From assembly GCF_018977255.1 (NCBI RefSeq), contig NW_024704743.1:37512001-37576000 (forward strand): DNA of 64,000 nt, given 5' to 3'. The DNA comes from Callorhinchus milii. Taxonomy: Eukaryota. The notes beneath the pieces are model-generated. The model was not told where the DNA came from. It made no database searches and saw only the letters and a list, made by a program, of their open reading frames with translations. The position numbers were made by a program, and so were the translations under genes. The first letter of the stretch is position 1. Each line of letters opens with the position of its first letter. Shown piece by piece: positions 25,330-36,868 of this stretch.

Positions 25330-26194
25330 GTTATAGATAGCTTAGGTGATTGGGCAGGTAGGTGGCAGATGATGTATAATGTAGGGAAGTGCAAAGTCAT
25401 CCACCTAGGTAGCAAAAACAGTAGAGCGGGTTATTTTTTAGAAGGGGAGAGATTGGAATGTGTTAGCGTCCAGAGGGACTTGGGTGTCCTTGTACACCAA
25501 TCGCAGAAAGTTAGTCTGCAGGTGCAGGAAACAATTAGGAAGGCGAACGGTATGTTAGCATTCATTATGAAAGGATTAGAGTATAAGAGTAGGGAAGTCT
25601 TGCTGCAACTGTATAGGGCTCTGGTGAGACCACACCTGGAATACTGTGTGCAGTTTTGGTCTTCTTATTTAAGGAAGGATTTACTTGCCTTGGAGGGGGT
25701 GCAGCGAGATTTACTAGGTTAGTACCAGGGATGAAGGGGTTGAGTTACGAGGATAGGCTGACCAATTTGGGCCTATATTCTCTAGAATATAGAAGAATTA
25801 GAGGGGATCTTATAGAAACCTATAAGATCATCAAAGGGCATGATAGAGTAGATAGTGGGAGGTTGTTTCCCCTGGTTGGAGAAACTAAAACCAGGGGTCA
25901 CAACCTTAAAATCAGATGCCAGCCCTTTCGCACTGAGTTGAGGAAGAACTTCTTCACTCAAAGGGTGGTGAATGTATGGAACTCACTGCCCAAAGGGCTG
26001 TTGACGCTCAGTCCTTGAACATATTCAAGACTGAGATAGATAGATTTCTTATTGCAAAAGGGATTAAGGGATATGGGGATAAGGCAGTGTCAGGTTATTA
26101 GCTGGAGTTAGATTAGAAGATCAGCCATAATTGAATGGCGGGGCAGGCTTGAAGGGCCGAATGGCCTACTCCTGCTCCTACATGTTGTTATGTT
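25330..26194 (+). mobile_element. Young 5'-truncated CR1 LINE (ORF2 C-terminus and 3' UTR)
   Basis: KCKVIHLG, RDLGVLV, LYRALVRPHLEYCVQFWS, RIRGDLIETYKI, FFTQRVVNVWNSLP; 3' end gaatggcctactcctgctcctacatgttgttatgtt. Confidence 0.95.
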
Positions 26195-27340
26195 AGGTCA
26201 CTTGTATTATTCTGTGGAGATTTTAGTGCAGCAGTGTTACTGCAGGCTTGAAAGGGCTAACGCAAAATGTGTTTGAAAGCGGAGAACCAGGGAAAGCTCA
26301 GTGTGCTCTCCCTGCCAATAGCCCCTGTCTAAACAAGGTCACGGTTCAAGCTTTATCAGCAAGGTCTCTTCCCAGCAGTAAATTGACATTGATTCCTGAT
26401 GACACCGCTTCATGGTGTTCGACAGGAATATATGTCGGCTAAACAACTTGCCATTGGCAGCGCATGTCTTCACTTATTCGAGGAAATCAATCAAAAGAGA
26501 AATGCACTTAGAAATACATGCTGTGCCACAGGCAATCAAAAACGGAGAGTACAAATTTATATTCACCATGCGCGCAACAAAGGATAGGGAACAATCCGCA
26601 CGCTACAATATCAGTTTTCAGTTTTGTCAAAGGAAGATTCCAGGTTTGTGCACAGAGTGCGCTCAACATTTAACTGTCATAACTTTATGGCTGTTTGTAG
26701 GACATTACTGCATGCAAAGTGGCTGCCTTATTCGCTTACAATATACACAAGTCACCTCACTTTACAGTGAATCCTGTGGAATGCTCTGAGATGTCCTCCT
26801 GACCTCAAAGGTGCTATATAAAATTCAAAGATTGATTATTATTATTGTTGTTATTGTTAATGTAGGACCAGACACAGGACAAGAATCATTACAGCAACTT
26901 AGCGTTCTAGGTTTGAATCTTTGAAAATCTCAGTATAGGTGGAGACCACTCGGCTCATTGAACCCAAACTGGTGTAAACCACATTAAAAGTGCCACCATG
27001 CACTGTAGGTGAAACTGATGGGTTTTCACTGTCTCAGAAATGGAAAGAACCAGAAGAAGCTCGGATGGTGTCTGTTCACTGCTCTGTGCACAGGAGTATC
27101 ATGATTTGGTGTGTAAATGACAGAATAATTACTGACATTTTCCTCCCAACTGGCATATTTGTGATGCTGTGACATGTGGCACAATGCATTAGCGCATGTC
27201 ACCAGTGAGTGGTGAGATGAGCTTCATGCCCGCAATTGCCTGTGCCATTGATTCTCTCACCTTAGCTGTGTTGTGATGGCTGAGGTAATGGGTGGAGGAC
27301 AGGTATTATCCCAGTGAATGTAAAGGAATATCACAGTAGA

Positions 27341-27487
27341 GTGGAGTCCTATAGAGTAGTGGTTAGTACGCACGTCTCGCATTTGAGAGGGGCCCTGGGT
27401 TTGATTCCCTGGCAGGGCGAAACGTTAGGCAAGTTTCCTTACTCCACACATCTTTGTTTACCTATTATTAAATAGGAAACTGGTTAG
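27341..27487 (+). mobile_element. SINE long subfamily, 5' half
   Basis: gtggagtcctatag...ggcaagtttccttactccacac. Confidence 0.85.
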
Positions 27488-27760
27488 CCTTGAGCCTCTC
27501 TGCCCCCAACCCTTTGGAATGCCATCTCACACTTCCTTTGCCTCGCTCCCTCCCTTGGCTCCTTCAAGGCACATCCCAAGACCCTCCTTTTTGACTGTGC
27601 CTTCGGCCACCCTCCTACCCTCCCTGCCCTCCACCCTCCCTGATTCCAAGCCCTCCCTGATCCCAACAACCTCCTGCTCGGATCCAAATCCCTAACTGTC
27701 CAGCACCTTGGGACGTCCTCCCGACATGAAAGGCACTATACAAATGTAATTTTGTAATGT
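27488..27760 (+). mobile_element. L2 LINE 3' end abutting a SINE 5' half
   Basis: ctttggaatgccatc...ttcaaggcacatcccaagaccctcc...gggacgtcctcccgacatgaaaggcac. Confidence 0.8.
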
Positions 27761-27883
27761 ATTGTATCCACAAGATCCTTCTGATCCAAAACTCTGCCTG
27801 CTCACCCGCATTGAACTCTGTACCCCCTCACATCAGTTCTAGCCAGGCTCCTCATTTGGCATTGTGCTCCGTCACTATCAAGC

Positions 27884-27927
27884 GCAGCCCTCCGGCAGGG
27901 TAGTACCCTACCCTGCCGGAGGGCTGC
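27884..27927. repeat. Perfect 20-bp inverted repeat with 4-nt loop inside an L2 tail
   Basis: GCAGCCCTCCGGCAGGGTAG-TACC-CTACCCTGCCGGAGGGCTGC. Confidence 0.97.
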
Positions 27928-30401
27928 TACATGAATGCAAGTTGTTGTTACGTTAGTTATTGTTTATTTTCTTAGAATTGATTGAATTAATTTAAAGGCT
28001 ACGGAAAACTGGCTGTAAAGTTAAGTTTAAATTCAACAACTTACCAAATTCTGCATGCTCTGAAATGCTAAGAAAATAGAATAAGTTTAGATCCTGGTGA
28101 AATTTCTTCCTTATGTATGTCAGTGGGGAGCATAGGATAGTGTGGGTCAGTGGGGGTGGGCTTTAGACATTGTGTATCAGTGTATTAGTGGGGTGGGGGG
28201 GATGGTATTAGACAGTGGAGAACATAACAGCTGAACCTGATCTTGTCCTTGTCTGAGACACAAACCCTTCCTAAAAGGAATCGTAGCCATTCTGTTCCAC
28301 TTCAGGGGGAGGGGGAGGGCTATTATCATTTTAAGTCACTTAAAATAATTTGTATTAATGTACGAAAATCAAAGCTCGGGACTACAGCTCAAAAGCAGTG
28401 TCCTGAAGTCCTGGAACATCCCCTCCTGCTTCCTGATTGAGGTGCTTAACACTGGGGGCCAAACCACAGTGTTCGTAACAAGGTTTGTAAAGGATTTGTA
28501 AATATTGATTCTTGCCAGTAACTAAATACGTTTCTTGCAGACTGTCAGGAACTCAGTTTGCACCAATCTAGCTGGAAGAAAATGATGTCTGCATGCAATG
28601 TTAACGGCCATTTTCGACCCCTTTTTTGCTATTAACTGTTGCTGATTTACCTCTGTGAGGATGAGTAAATCCAAGTTTTGGCAGTTTCTCTGAACATTAT
28701 GACTTATGGATGCAGATATTTCCATTGATGGCAGAAGCAATGAAAGTTTTGAGTTCTGTACTCACATGATTTCACCGGTCAGTAAGGTAAAGAGGGAGTA
28801 TGAATGGACAGGTCCATAGAGTCTTGATGACAAGGTTGAAATCAGAATGGATTTGACATCTGCTAATTATCAGTTGTACCTGGGGTACTGACGTCACGCT
28901 CAGCATCGCTACCGCTTGTAGGTTCCACAAGGCATGAGCTTGTTCAATAATCTAGAGATAAACTCTTCAAATGACTTATTGGAGTCAGACTTCAAGGACA
29001 AGTAGATTTCGGCCACAAAATATACAGTCAGTCCACTTTATAGTTTATCCTGTGTAGCGCTTTGAGGTGTCTCAACGAAGTGATAAGGGCTATATCAAAT
29101 GCAAGGGTGATTATTAGAGGTAGCTTAGGGAAAACCTTTAGACCACACTGATGTGTTGTTTTGAATATTGAAGCATCACTAGAAGATTAAATGATGTCTT
29201 GTGGTAGAGGAGGACAACTGGTGAAGGTTTGATTGCAGTGGTTGATGCAGTGGTTTGTTTCATTAGATTGAATTTAGTTATGTAAGCTTGAGGCTGATTT
29301 GTTCACCTCCACTGCTTCCTGTCTTAAATTATAATATCCTGTTTGCAGCAGCACTGTGTACGTAGCCATCACAATAATATTACAGAACAGGTTGAATGAC
29401 CTGCTCAATCAATGGTCTGTCTATTTCGATTGTATATAAGATCTAATTAACCTTGTCATTTTAAAGGTAATATCAAGTAGTAAGTCCTTGGAGGCCAAAC
29501 AAGGTCTGTGGCTCCATCAATAATTGCACTCCTCATAGCCTGTTTATGTAAATTGCCAAAGTATTAGATGAACACTATTCAGAAGTAGAGGGCAATTGTA
29601 AAAGCATTCAGTTTTCAAAGGCTTCAATGGCAGTCGAAATACCCTGTTTAAACTTGGCTGTACATTTACTCGGCTAGTTCTGCAGGTGCCAGAAACCTGT
29701 CACAGTTGCTTATGTCACTCTCACTGAACAAAGAAACAAGGTATATATCTGAGATCTTCTCACTTTGCCACAGCGAACCTGACATATATTGACCACCACA
29801 TCCAGAGGTTTTGGTTTCATTGCTTATGTGAGCAAAGTGTATACTGTACTGTCTACGTCCTTATGCTGCTTCCACAGACTGACAACTGCTTGGAGGTCAA
29901 TGACGAACCTGTAGAGGTCTTGATCCTGACCATCTGCTCAGTTTTTGTTTTTTGCACATGTGAACAATATTAAACAGTAAGATCTAAAGTTACACTGACC
30001 ACTGAAGATCTCATAGGATTCCTGGAAATCCCATTCTAAAGAAGTAGCCAAAAGATTGCATTTTTTTGGCGATGAGAGTGAATTAAGCACCAATGCTGGA
30101 TGTAAATGTGAAAGGGATAAACAGAAGAAAGCTGACGGTGCCCTTGAGTTACCGCAGAGGGTGCTCTCTTTGATGTGATATAAATTATTTCACAGCTCTA
30201 ATGAGTAGCTTCCAACATTCAAGATTCTGTTTGAGGGACATCTACCTTAGGACAGGTTACTCTACTTATTTTTTTTTAATTTTGCACGTTTTTATGCTCA
30301 TCAAAGTGAGGGATATTTATTGATGGGAAATGTTACATTTCAATAGATATACGTATCAATAGACTGTAAATCTGCAGCAGTTCCTCGTAGGTATCTTATC
30401 A

Positions 30402-30610
30402 AAATAATAATAATAATCCTTGCATTTGATATAGCACCCGGTCACCTTGTCGAGACATTTCAAAGTGCTTACAGAATATATTGTAAACGGATTGACTGTG
30501 TATTTGGTGGGAAAAACATGGCAGCCAATTCCATACAGCAGTGTCCCACAAACAGTCATGGATTGAATGAATAAATTTTCATTTTTTTGGGGTGGGGCGG
30601 GATTATTACT
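30402..30610 (-). mobile_element. SINE 3' half
   Basis: Same 3' consensus. Confidence 0.85.
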
Positions 30611-31479
30611 AAGAGATGATTGTTTAGACACTGTACCTTTCCAACACAGTGAAAAGGTTAAGTGACTGAAACGGCTGAGGTCTGTGAAGGAGCTTGTAAG
30701 TCAAGTTGAAGAGACAATAGCTATGAGCAGAGTGTGGTCAGTTGAGATAGTTGTTCCTCTTAGTCAGCTTCAACTTATAGGTTGCATTTTGAGAAGCAAT
30801 GTCCAATGTCTCCCTGGGAGTCTCTTGAATGACCAACATTTTGGGTGGGGGAGGACAGTGAAATGGTTCCATGAGAAAGATAAAAACAGTACTTGCAGAA
30901 TCAACATGTTGGTCAATCAGGAGATGGTGGGGGACATTGAAACTTGTGCCTCAGATTCAACACAGGATAGGGTGTGACTACTGAGAACATGATGCAGCCG
31001 TTTGCGCCGGAGTGACTCCAAATGTTTTGAAGAATGTCTCCACCCGTGCATGTACGAATGCTAATTATTCTTTACAATTGCTTCAACAAAGGCTTCTCGA
31101 GGCAAGACCTCAGTTGGGAGTAAAGTCTCTGTGCGAAAAATATGACAAAAGGAGCTCCTTCCAACTGCACAGATACTGTATTTGCATTGTTACTACACTT
31201 AACAGAAATATTTTTGGAGCACTTTTAGACGTCCTCCAGACATGAAAGGCACTATTCCCAAATGTAGGGATTATTGTTATTATTAATACAGTAATAAAAA
31301 GATGCAGACATTTATATCTGAAAATAGTAATAGTTGGAATGAAAAAATGTTTCACTTAAAGTAGCAGCTTTCCGATCCCAAACTGCTGCCCAATACACAT
31401 GATGATCCTTGGACATTAGCTTGTTAATGACAACAACAACAACTAGTTAATGACAAGTCATACATCAGCACTGGTGTTA

Positions 31480-31858
31480 AAGCATGTGGGTTCAAGTCCC
31501 ACGTCGGGCCTTGAAATTACATACTCTAAGCTGATACTCCAATGCAGTCCTGGGGTGTGCTGCATTGTCAGAGGTGCTGTCCTTTGGATGAGATGTTAAT
31601 CCAAGGTCTCACCTGCCTGTTTAGGTGGATATTAATGATCTCATGACACTATTCAAAAAGAGAAGTGACTTTCTCCCGGTGTCCTGGCCAACAATCCCCC
31701 AAGTAAAATTGGTCACTAACTTCATAGTTGTTTGTACGCATTGATGTGCGCAACTGACTGCCATGTTTCGCCCACAATATACACAATCACTCCACTTCAC
31801 AGTTTATTCTGTGAAGCAATTTGAGATGTCTCAATCAAATGCAAGGATTATTATAATT
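31480..31858 (+). mobile_element. Deu-type SINE
   Basis: gggttcaagtcccac..gcattgtcagaggtgctgtcctttggatgagatgttaa. Confidence 0.82.
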
Positions 31859-32379
31859 GTTAAGAAAAGATGGAAATTGTATAGGAAAATAATATTTCTC
31901 AGTAATGAGCACCAAATAACCAATTTTCTCTAAGAACATGGATATTCTTGCAACATAAAAAACAGTTTGGCATGTATTTTACTAAACTACATCTTATACT
32001 TTCCTGCCCGTTTCTGTTACTTTCATATAATTTCCTGATAGGGAACTTCTTAGAATTTAGACCCTTTCATTGTTGTAGGCACTATTTCAAATGGAAATAT
32101 TTTTATATATAATTTTTAGAAGCAGAATAAAACACCTTCTATTCTATGCCAGCCAAGTGTCTCATCTGTAACCTCAGAAAGTCACCTAATGCCACATGTT
32201 CCACCTCTCACAAACATTGTGAGTGAAATTGTCAATTTGATGCTGAATTAAGGACTATTTTATGGGTTGTGAGGCCATGTCCACTTGAAACTGATTTAAG
32301 ACCGTCCAAGCTCATTTTACAGTCAACAGACAGAAAGAAATTTTATCCCATTCGTCTTGGCTGGTTTTGATCCTGAATC

Positions 32380-33035
32380 CCAACAACAAAATTCCTTTTT
32401 TAAAGTGCCTTTCACGTCGTGAGGTCATCCTGAGGCGCTGGACAGTCAGAGTTTTGGACCCGAGCTGGGGGGGTGGTATCGGGAGGGTGGAGGGCAGTGG
32501 GGGAAGCAGGGTGATCGAAAGCACGGTCGAAGAGGAATGTCTTGAGATGGGTTTAGAAGGAGGCAAGGGAGGGGGCGAGGCAGAGGAACTGCAAGATGGA
32601 GTTCCAGAGGGTGGGAACAGAGTGGCAGAAGGCCCACCCACCAATAGTGGGGGGAGCGAGGCGGGGGACGTGAAGCAGGCTGGATTCCACTGAGCTTAGG
32701 GAGCAAGCAGGATGGTGGGGGTTAGGAGGTCACAGAGATGGGGGGGAGCAAGACCATTGGAGGGCTTTGAAGGTGAGGACCAGGATCATGAACTGTATCC
32801 TCTGTGTGATGAGAAGCCGGTGGAGTCGGGCGAGGACGGGGGTGATAGGGTCACGGAGCCTGCCGCGGGGGAGGACATGGGCTGCCGAGGTCTGGGTGAT
32901 ATGGGGAGGCCAACAAGCAAGGAGGTTGCTTAGTCAAGCTTGGATGTAATGAAAGCATGTATGAGGGTTTCGGCAGCCGTGTGTGACAATGGTGGAGCCG
33001 GGCGATGTTGCAGAGGGTGAAAGGGGCCACTTTTT
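32380..33035 (-). mobile_element. L2 LINE 3' fragment
   Basis: Minus strand NIARL..., same 3' UTR and tail as 39691-41039. Confidence 0.88.
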
Positions 33036-33554
33036 TCAATTCCAAAAAGTTAAACAAAACTTCGGCTTTGTAGCCGCTGTTGGAAAGAAGTAAAACAATT
33101 TGAGACCTCCTGTAAAGTTCGATTTGATTGTATCACTATGGAATGGAATATATGAATTATATATTACTTTTAGCTGTGTGCAATAATCTTGGACAAAACT
33201 ATAGTAAACGACAGCATGAGGTGACCTAGCATCATTTTGTGCTGAGACTGTCATCGTTGATACCCAAAAGGCCTTGAACTGCTTTATTAGATTTATTAGA
33301 TAGTCACATAAAGGGGAGGACAAGCTGATGGAATTTTACTTGAATGTTACATTGTTTTCCCTTGTAAGATGTTCTTAAATTAGATGACTGATCATTACGC
33401 AACTAGTAAAGATCGTACAAAAGAAAAGGATTTTGTCCAGTAACTTAAAAGCAGAAGGATTAATAAAATAGACTACCGATCTGGCACTGTGCACCATCAA
33501 TGCTCACTGCTGCCATATATATTTAATTAAAATTGAAGTCCTAAAGTTTACATA

Positions 33555-33830
33555 GATTTACAAAGAATGTACGGCTCAGGAACATGCCATTCAGGCCATA
33601 TAGACCAGAAACAGTTCTGTAGCAGTGTTAATACTCCATACGAGTCTTCTCCCATTCCTTACTACCTCCCATACCTTTGCATTCCCTTCTCTCTCATGTA
33701 TAGCCATCTTTCTCATAAATGCACCTATAGTATCTGATTCAACCACCACTTTGGACAGTGGGTTCCACATTCTCATTACCCTCTGCATGAAGTTTTTCCT
33801 TCTAAATTCTCTTAAATACCCTAGTCCTTA
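33555..33830 (-). mobile_element. CR1 3' fragment
   Basis: MQRVMRMWNPL on the minus strand; ggccattcaggcc-type terminus. Confidence 0.75.
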
Positions 33831-35329
33831 TCTTATACTTGTGTCCCCTGTTTACAGACTCCCACAAGCTCATGAACACTGGGGGAGTTTTGAGGTGAAG
33901 AGAATCAGATCTGTGTATACCTATTTATCTCTTTGTTCAATAATAATACCACACAGGGATTTCTGCACCATATGTTGTAACGTGGTGACAGAAGTGGGAT
34001 AAAACTACAAGACGCTCAAAGCAAAAGGAGAAAGAAGTCCGAAGAAGAAAGAAAATTGAAGTCAGGACCCCATCCTTGGTTTCCCAGCTTGTGCGTCATA
34101 TGACAAGAACAGACTATTTATTCTAACCATATAACCATCTCTTTTATAATTTTGAACACAATGTTGAGAAAACTTCAAGCTTTTTACGCTGTTCTAATAA
34201 CTAAAAAGAACTAACCAACATGTCAGCTCTTTTGGAGTATTCCAAACTGTTTTACTTTCATAGTGCTGCCTCACCAGTAAAGCAGTGCTGTCAGCTTAGG
34301 ACAGCGTGACATAACTTGGAAATCTGAAGAAGTGGAATTGAGAGCCTGATGGGTGAAGGTTCTGTTTGTAGCTTCAATGATTCTCTAAAGAATACTCTGA
34401 AATTGGAACTTAATTTTCTCGCTGGCAAAAAAAAACTTTGCATTGATTCATTATGAAATGCTTGTTCCAGGCAAAATGGATTGAAGTGTGGATCATTGCA
34501 TTTTTTTTTCCTGTTGCGTTAAAACAGCATGATATGAGCCCGAAATACCATCTTGTCTCAGTCTGTGAAACCATTCTATCTTAAAATTTAAGAATTGAGG
34601 AAAATTTATAAATCAGTCTTCATTTAGAAACCCATTCTTTCTTAAAAGCTGAGGAAAATGGGCTTCCAAATTAAGATTAATTTTAAGACTTTTTCAAGGT
34701 TTTGTTGCATTTGATGCATCGTCTCACTCCTCATGTTTAACTGTGAACGCATGCACTTCATCATTTGTGAACTATTACATCTTCCCACAGTGCTGGTACT
34801 GAACTAAGAAAAGATGTGGACTTGAAGGGTTAAGGGCTTTGAGACATTACTCTGCGTGATGGGCTCTGTATAAAATGCATGTTATTTGAATGAAATTTCC
34901 CCCTCTCCTCCAACATTTGGATTGACTTCTCCTGTATTATTGACTATGAAGGTCATCATTAAAATGAGCGCTTGATACAATTCCTAATGGGCATAAATCT
35001 ACTCCACAAAACTACCCATGATTATGTATTATGCTGTCAATCCTATTAATAGACGCTACAAGAATGGCCTGTCAGATTGGCAGCAATAGCTCCTCACTCC
35101 AGGTTGAAATTGATGACTTTATTATACTTTGTTTTCTATGCAGAATGGATATCTTAGAACGGTATTATAATGACATGAAAACCATAAATACCATGTAGAC
35201 AGGGTGAAATAACTTAATTGCAGCTTTGGTAGGGACTTGGGAATGGATTGATTCCTCTGTATTATCAGAGGCCAGTAGAACAGTGCTGCTTCCACTCAGC
35301 ACAAGAGGATATGATATGGATTGGAGGCC

Positions 35330-35840
35330 AGTCCTCTGTGATAGACTCGATAGTTTGGTCCCTGAGCCAGATGGGTCCAAACTGCTAATAATAGGCCTGG
35401 CTTATTGGCAGGATCTGGAGAGGCAGATGAGTCACTGGGAGCAGGAATTCTTCCCACTCAGTTCCTGTTACCCCTGCAAGGTCTATTGGGTGGTGTGTGC
35501 TAGCTGGACAAGCAGTGGGAAGCTGCCAGACAGTACTCCGAATGGCAAGCTATGCAGTTTTATCTGGCTAAACTCCTGAGGTATTCCACCCCAATCTGGG
35601 GCTCCCAAGTCTTGGCTCTTGCCAACCTGTGCCAAATGCTCTTTGGATTTAGGTAAGCAGTGTGCGTCTCTCTGAGGGGAGAATGTGCATTCCATTCCAG
35701 ATGCAGGGAAATTTCCATGTTTAGGTGCCATACAGATGTGGAACTCTCAGTTTGGTTTGCATACTCTTAAGTATGATGTCTCCATGTGTCAGAAACCTGG
35801 CTGTGGGTTTCTGCAGACCATGTGTCACCCGGCTGATCGG
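35330..35840. repeat. Unclassified interspersed repeat, copy 2 (opposite orientation to copy 1)
   Basis: ggacaagcagtgggaagctgccagacag..ggcaagctatgcagtttt..gtgcattccattcca..ctctcagtttggtttgcatactcttaag. Confidence 0.75.
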
Positions 35841-36209
35841 AAAAAAAATCATGAAGTAGAGTATATGTTAATTATCACATCAAAAGCATCATGAGGCATC
35901 ACCAACTCACCTCCATAAATTCAACCAAGGATTTTCCAGTGGTCTCATACTGCAAATTCTGAAACATCGCTAATTTACTCCCTATGAGTGTAGTTACCAT
36001 AAGAGATATCACAATGGTTTCGCTTTTGCACAACTTTGTCTTGTTTCAGCTGCAAAAAACTAGCTCTTTTTTAAAAAAAAGATTCTGAAGGCTGTCTCCT
36101 AAGCCACCGTTCTGTGTTTTACTCATTAGAAAGAGTGGCTGTCCCTGAGCTCTTTCATTCAACTTAGGTGTTAGATCCCCAGCTTTCCTTTCTACCCCAC
36201 ATCCATTCC

Positions 36210-36868
36210 TGACCAGGACCACTTTTTTCCACCTCCGCCACATTGCCCACCTCCGTCCGTACTTCAAACTGACGCAGCTGAAACCCTCGTCCATGCCTTT
36301 GTCGCTTTCCGGCTGGACTATTCCAATGCCTTCCTCGCTGGTCTCCCCAGCTCCACCACACACAAAATCCAATTTATTCAAAACTCTGTCGTCCAAATAC
36401 GAAACTCCATACCCCCATCACACCAGTCCTTGCTGGGCTCCACTGGCTCCCAATCACTGAATTGATCGATTTCAAGATCCTATCATTCATTTTCAAATTA
36501 TTTTGTTCCCTCGCACTTCCCTACCTATCCAATTTGCTTACCCCCCACTCCACCACCCGCTGCCTCCGCTCGGCTGGCTCCGGCCTATTTGTCCCTCATG
36601 CTCTCCGTTCCACCATCGGTGGCCATACATTCAGTGACTACGCTCCGAAACTCTGGAACTCTCTCCCTCAATCCCTCCATCTTGCCCCCTCCCTACCCAG
36701 CTTGAAATCCCACCCAAAGATCTTTTCTTTTGATTATGCTCACGGTCACCTCCACCTTCTCTCTCCCCCTGGCTCGTTGTCAGATACCGCCAGTGTGAAG
36801 CGCTCTGGGACACTACCCTGTGTGAAGGGCACTATATAAATATAGCGCCCTTGTTATTGTTGTTATTC
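36210..36868 (+). mobile_element. L2 LINE 3' fragment (second tail type, GCGCTCTGGGACACTACCCTGTGTGAAGGGCAC)
   Basis: IDFKIL...TIGGHTFS...PKLWNSLP; TTGTT tail. Confidence 0.88.
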
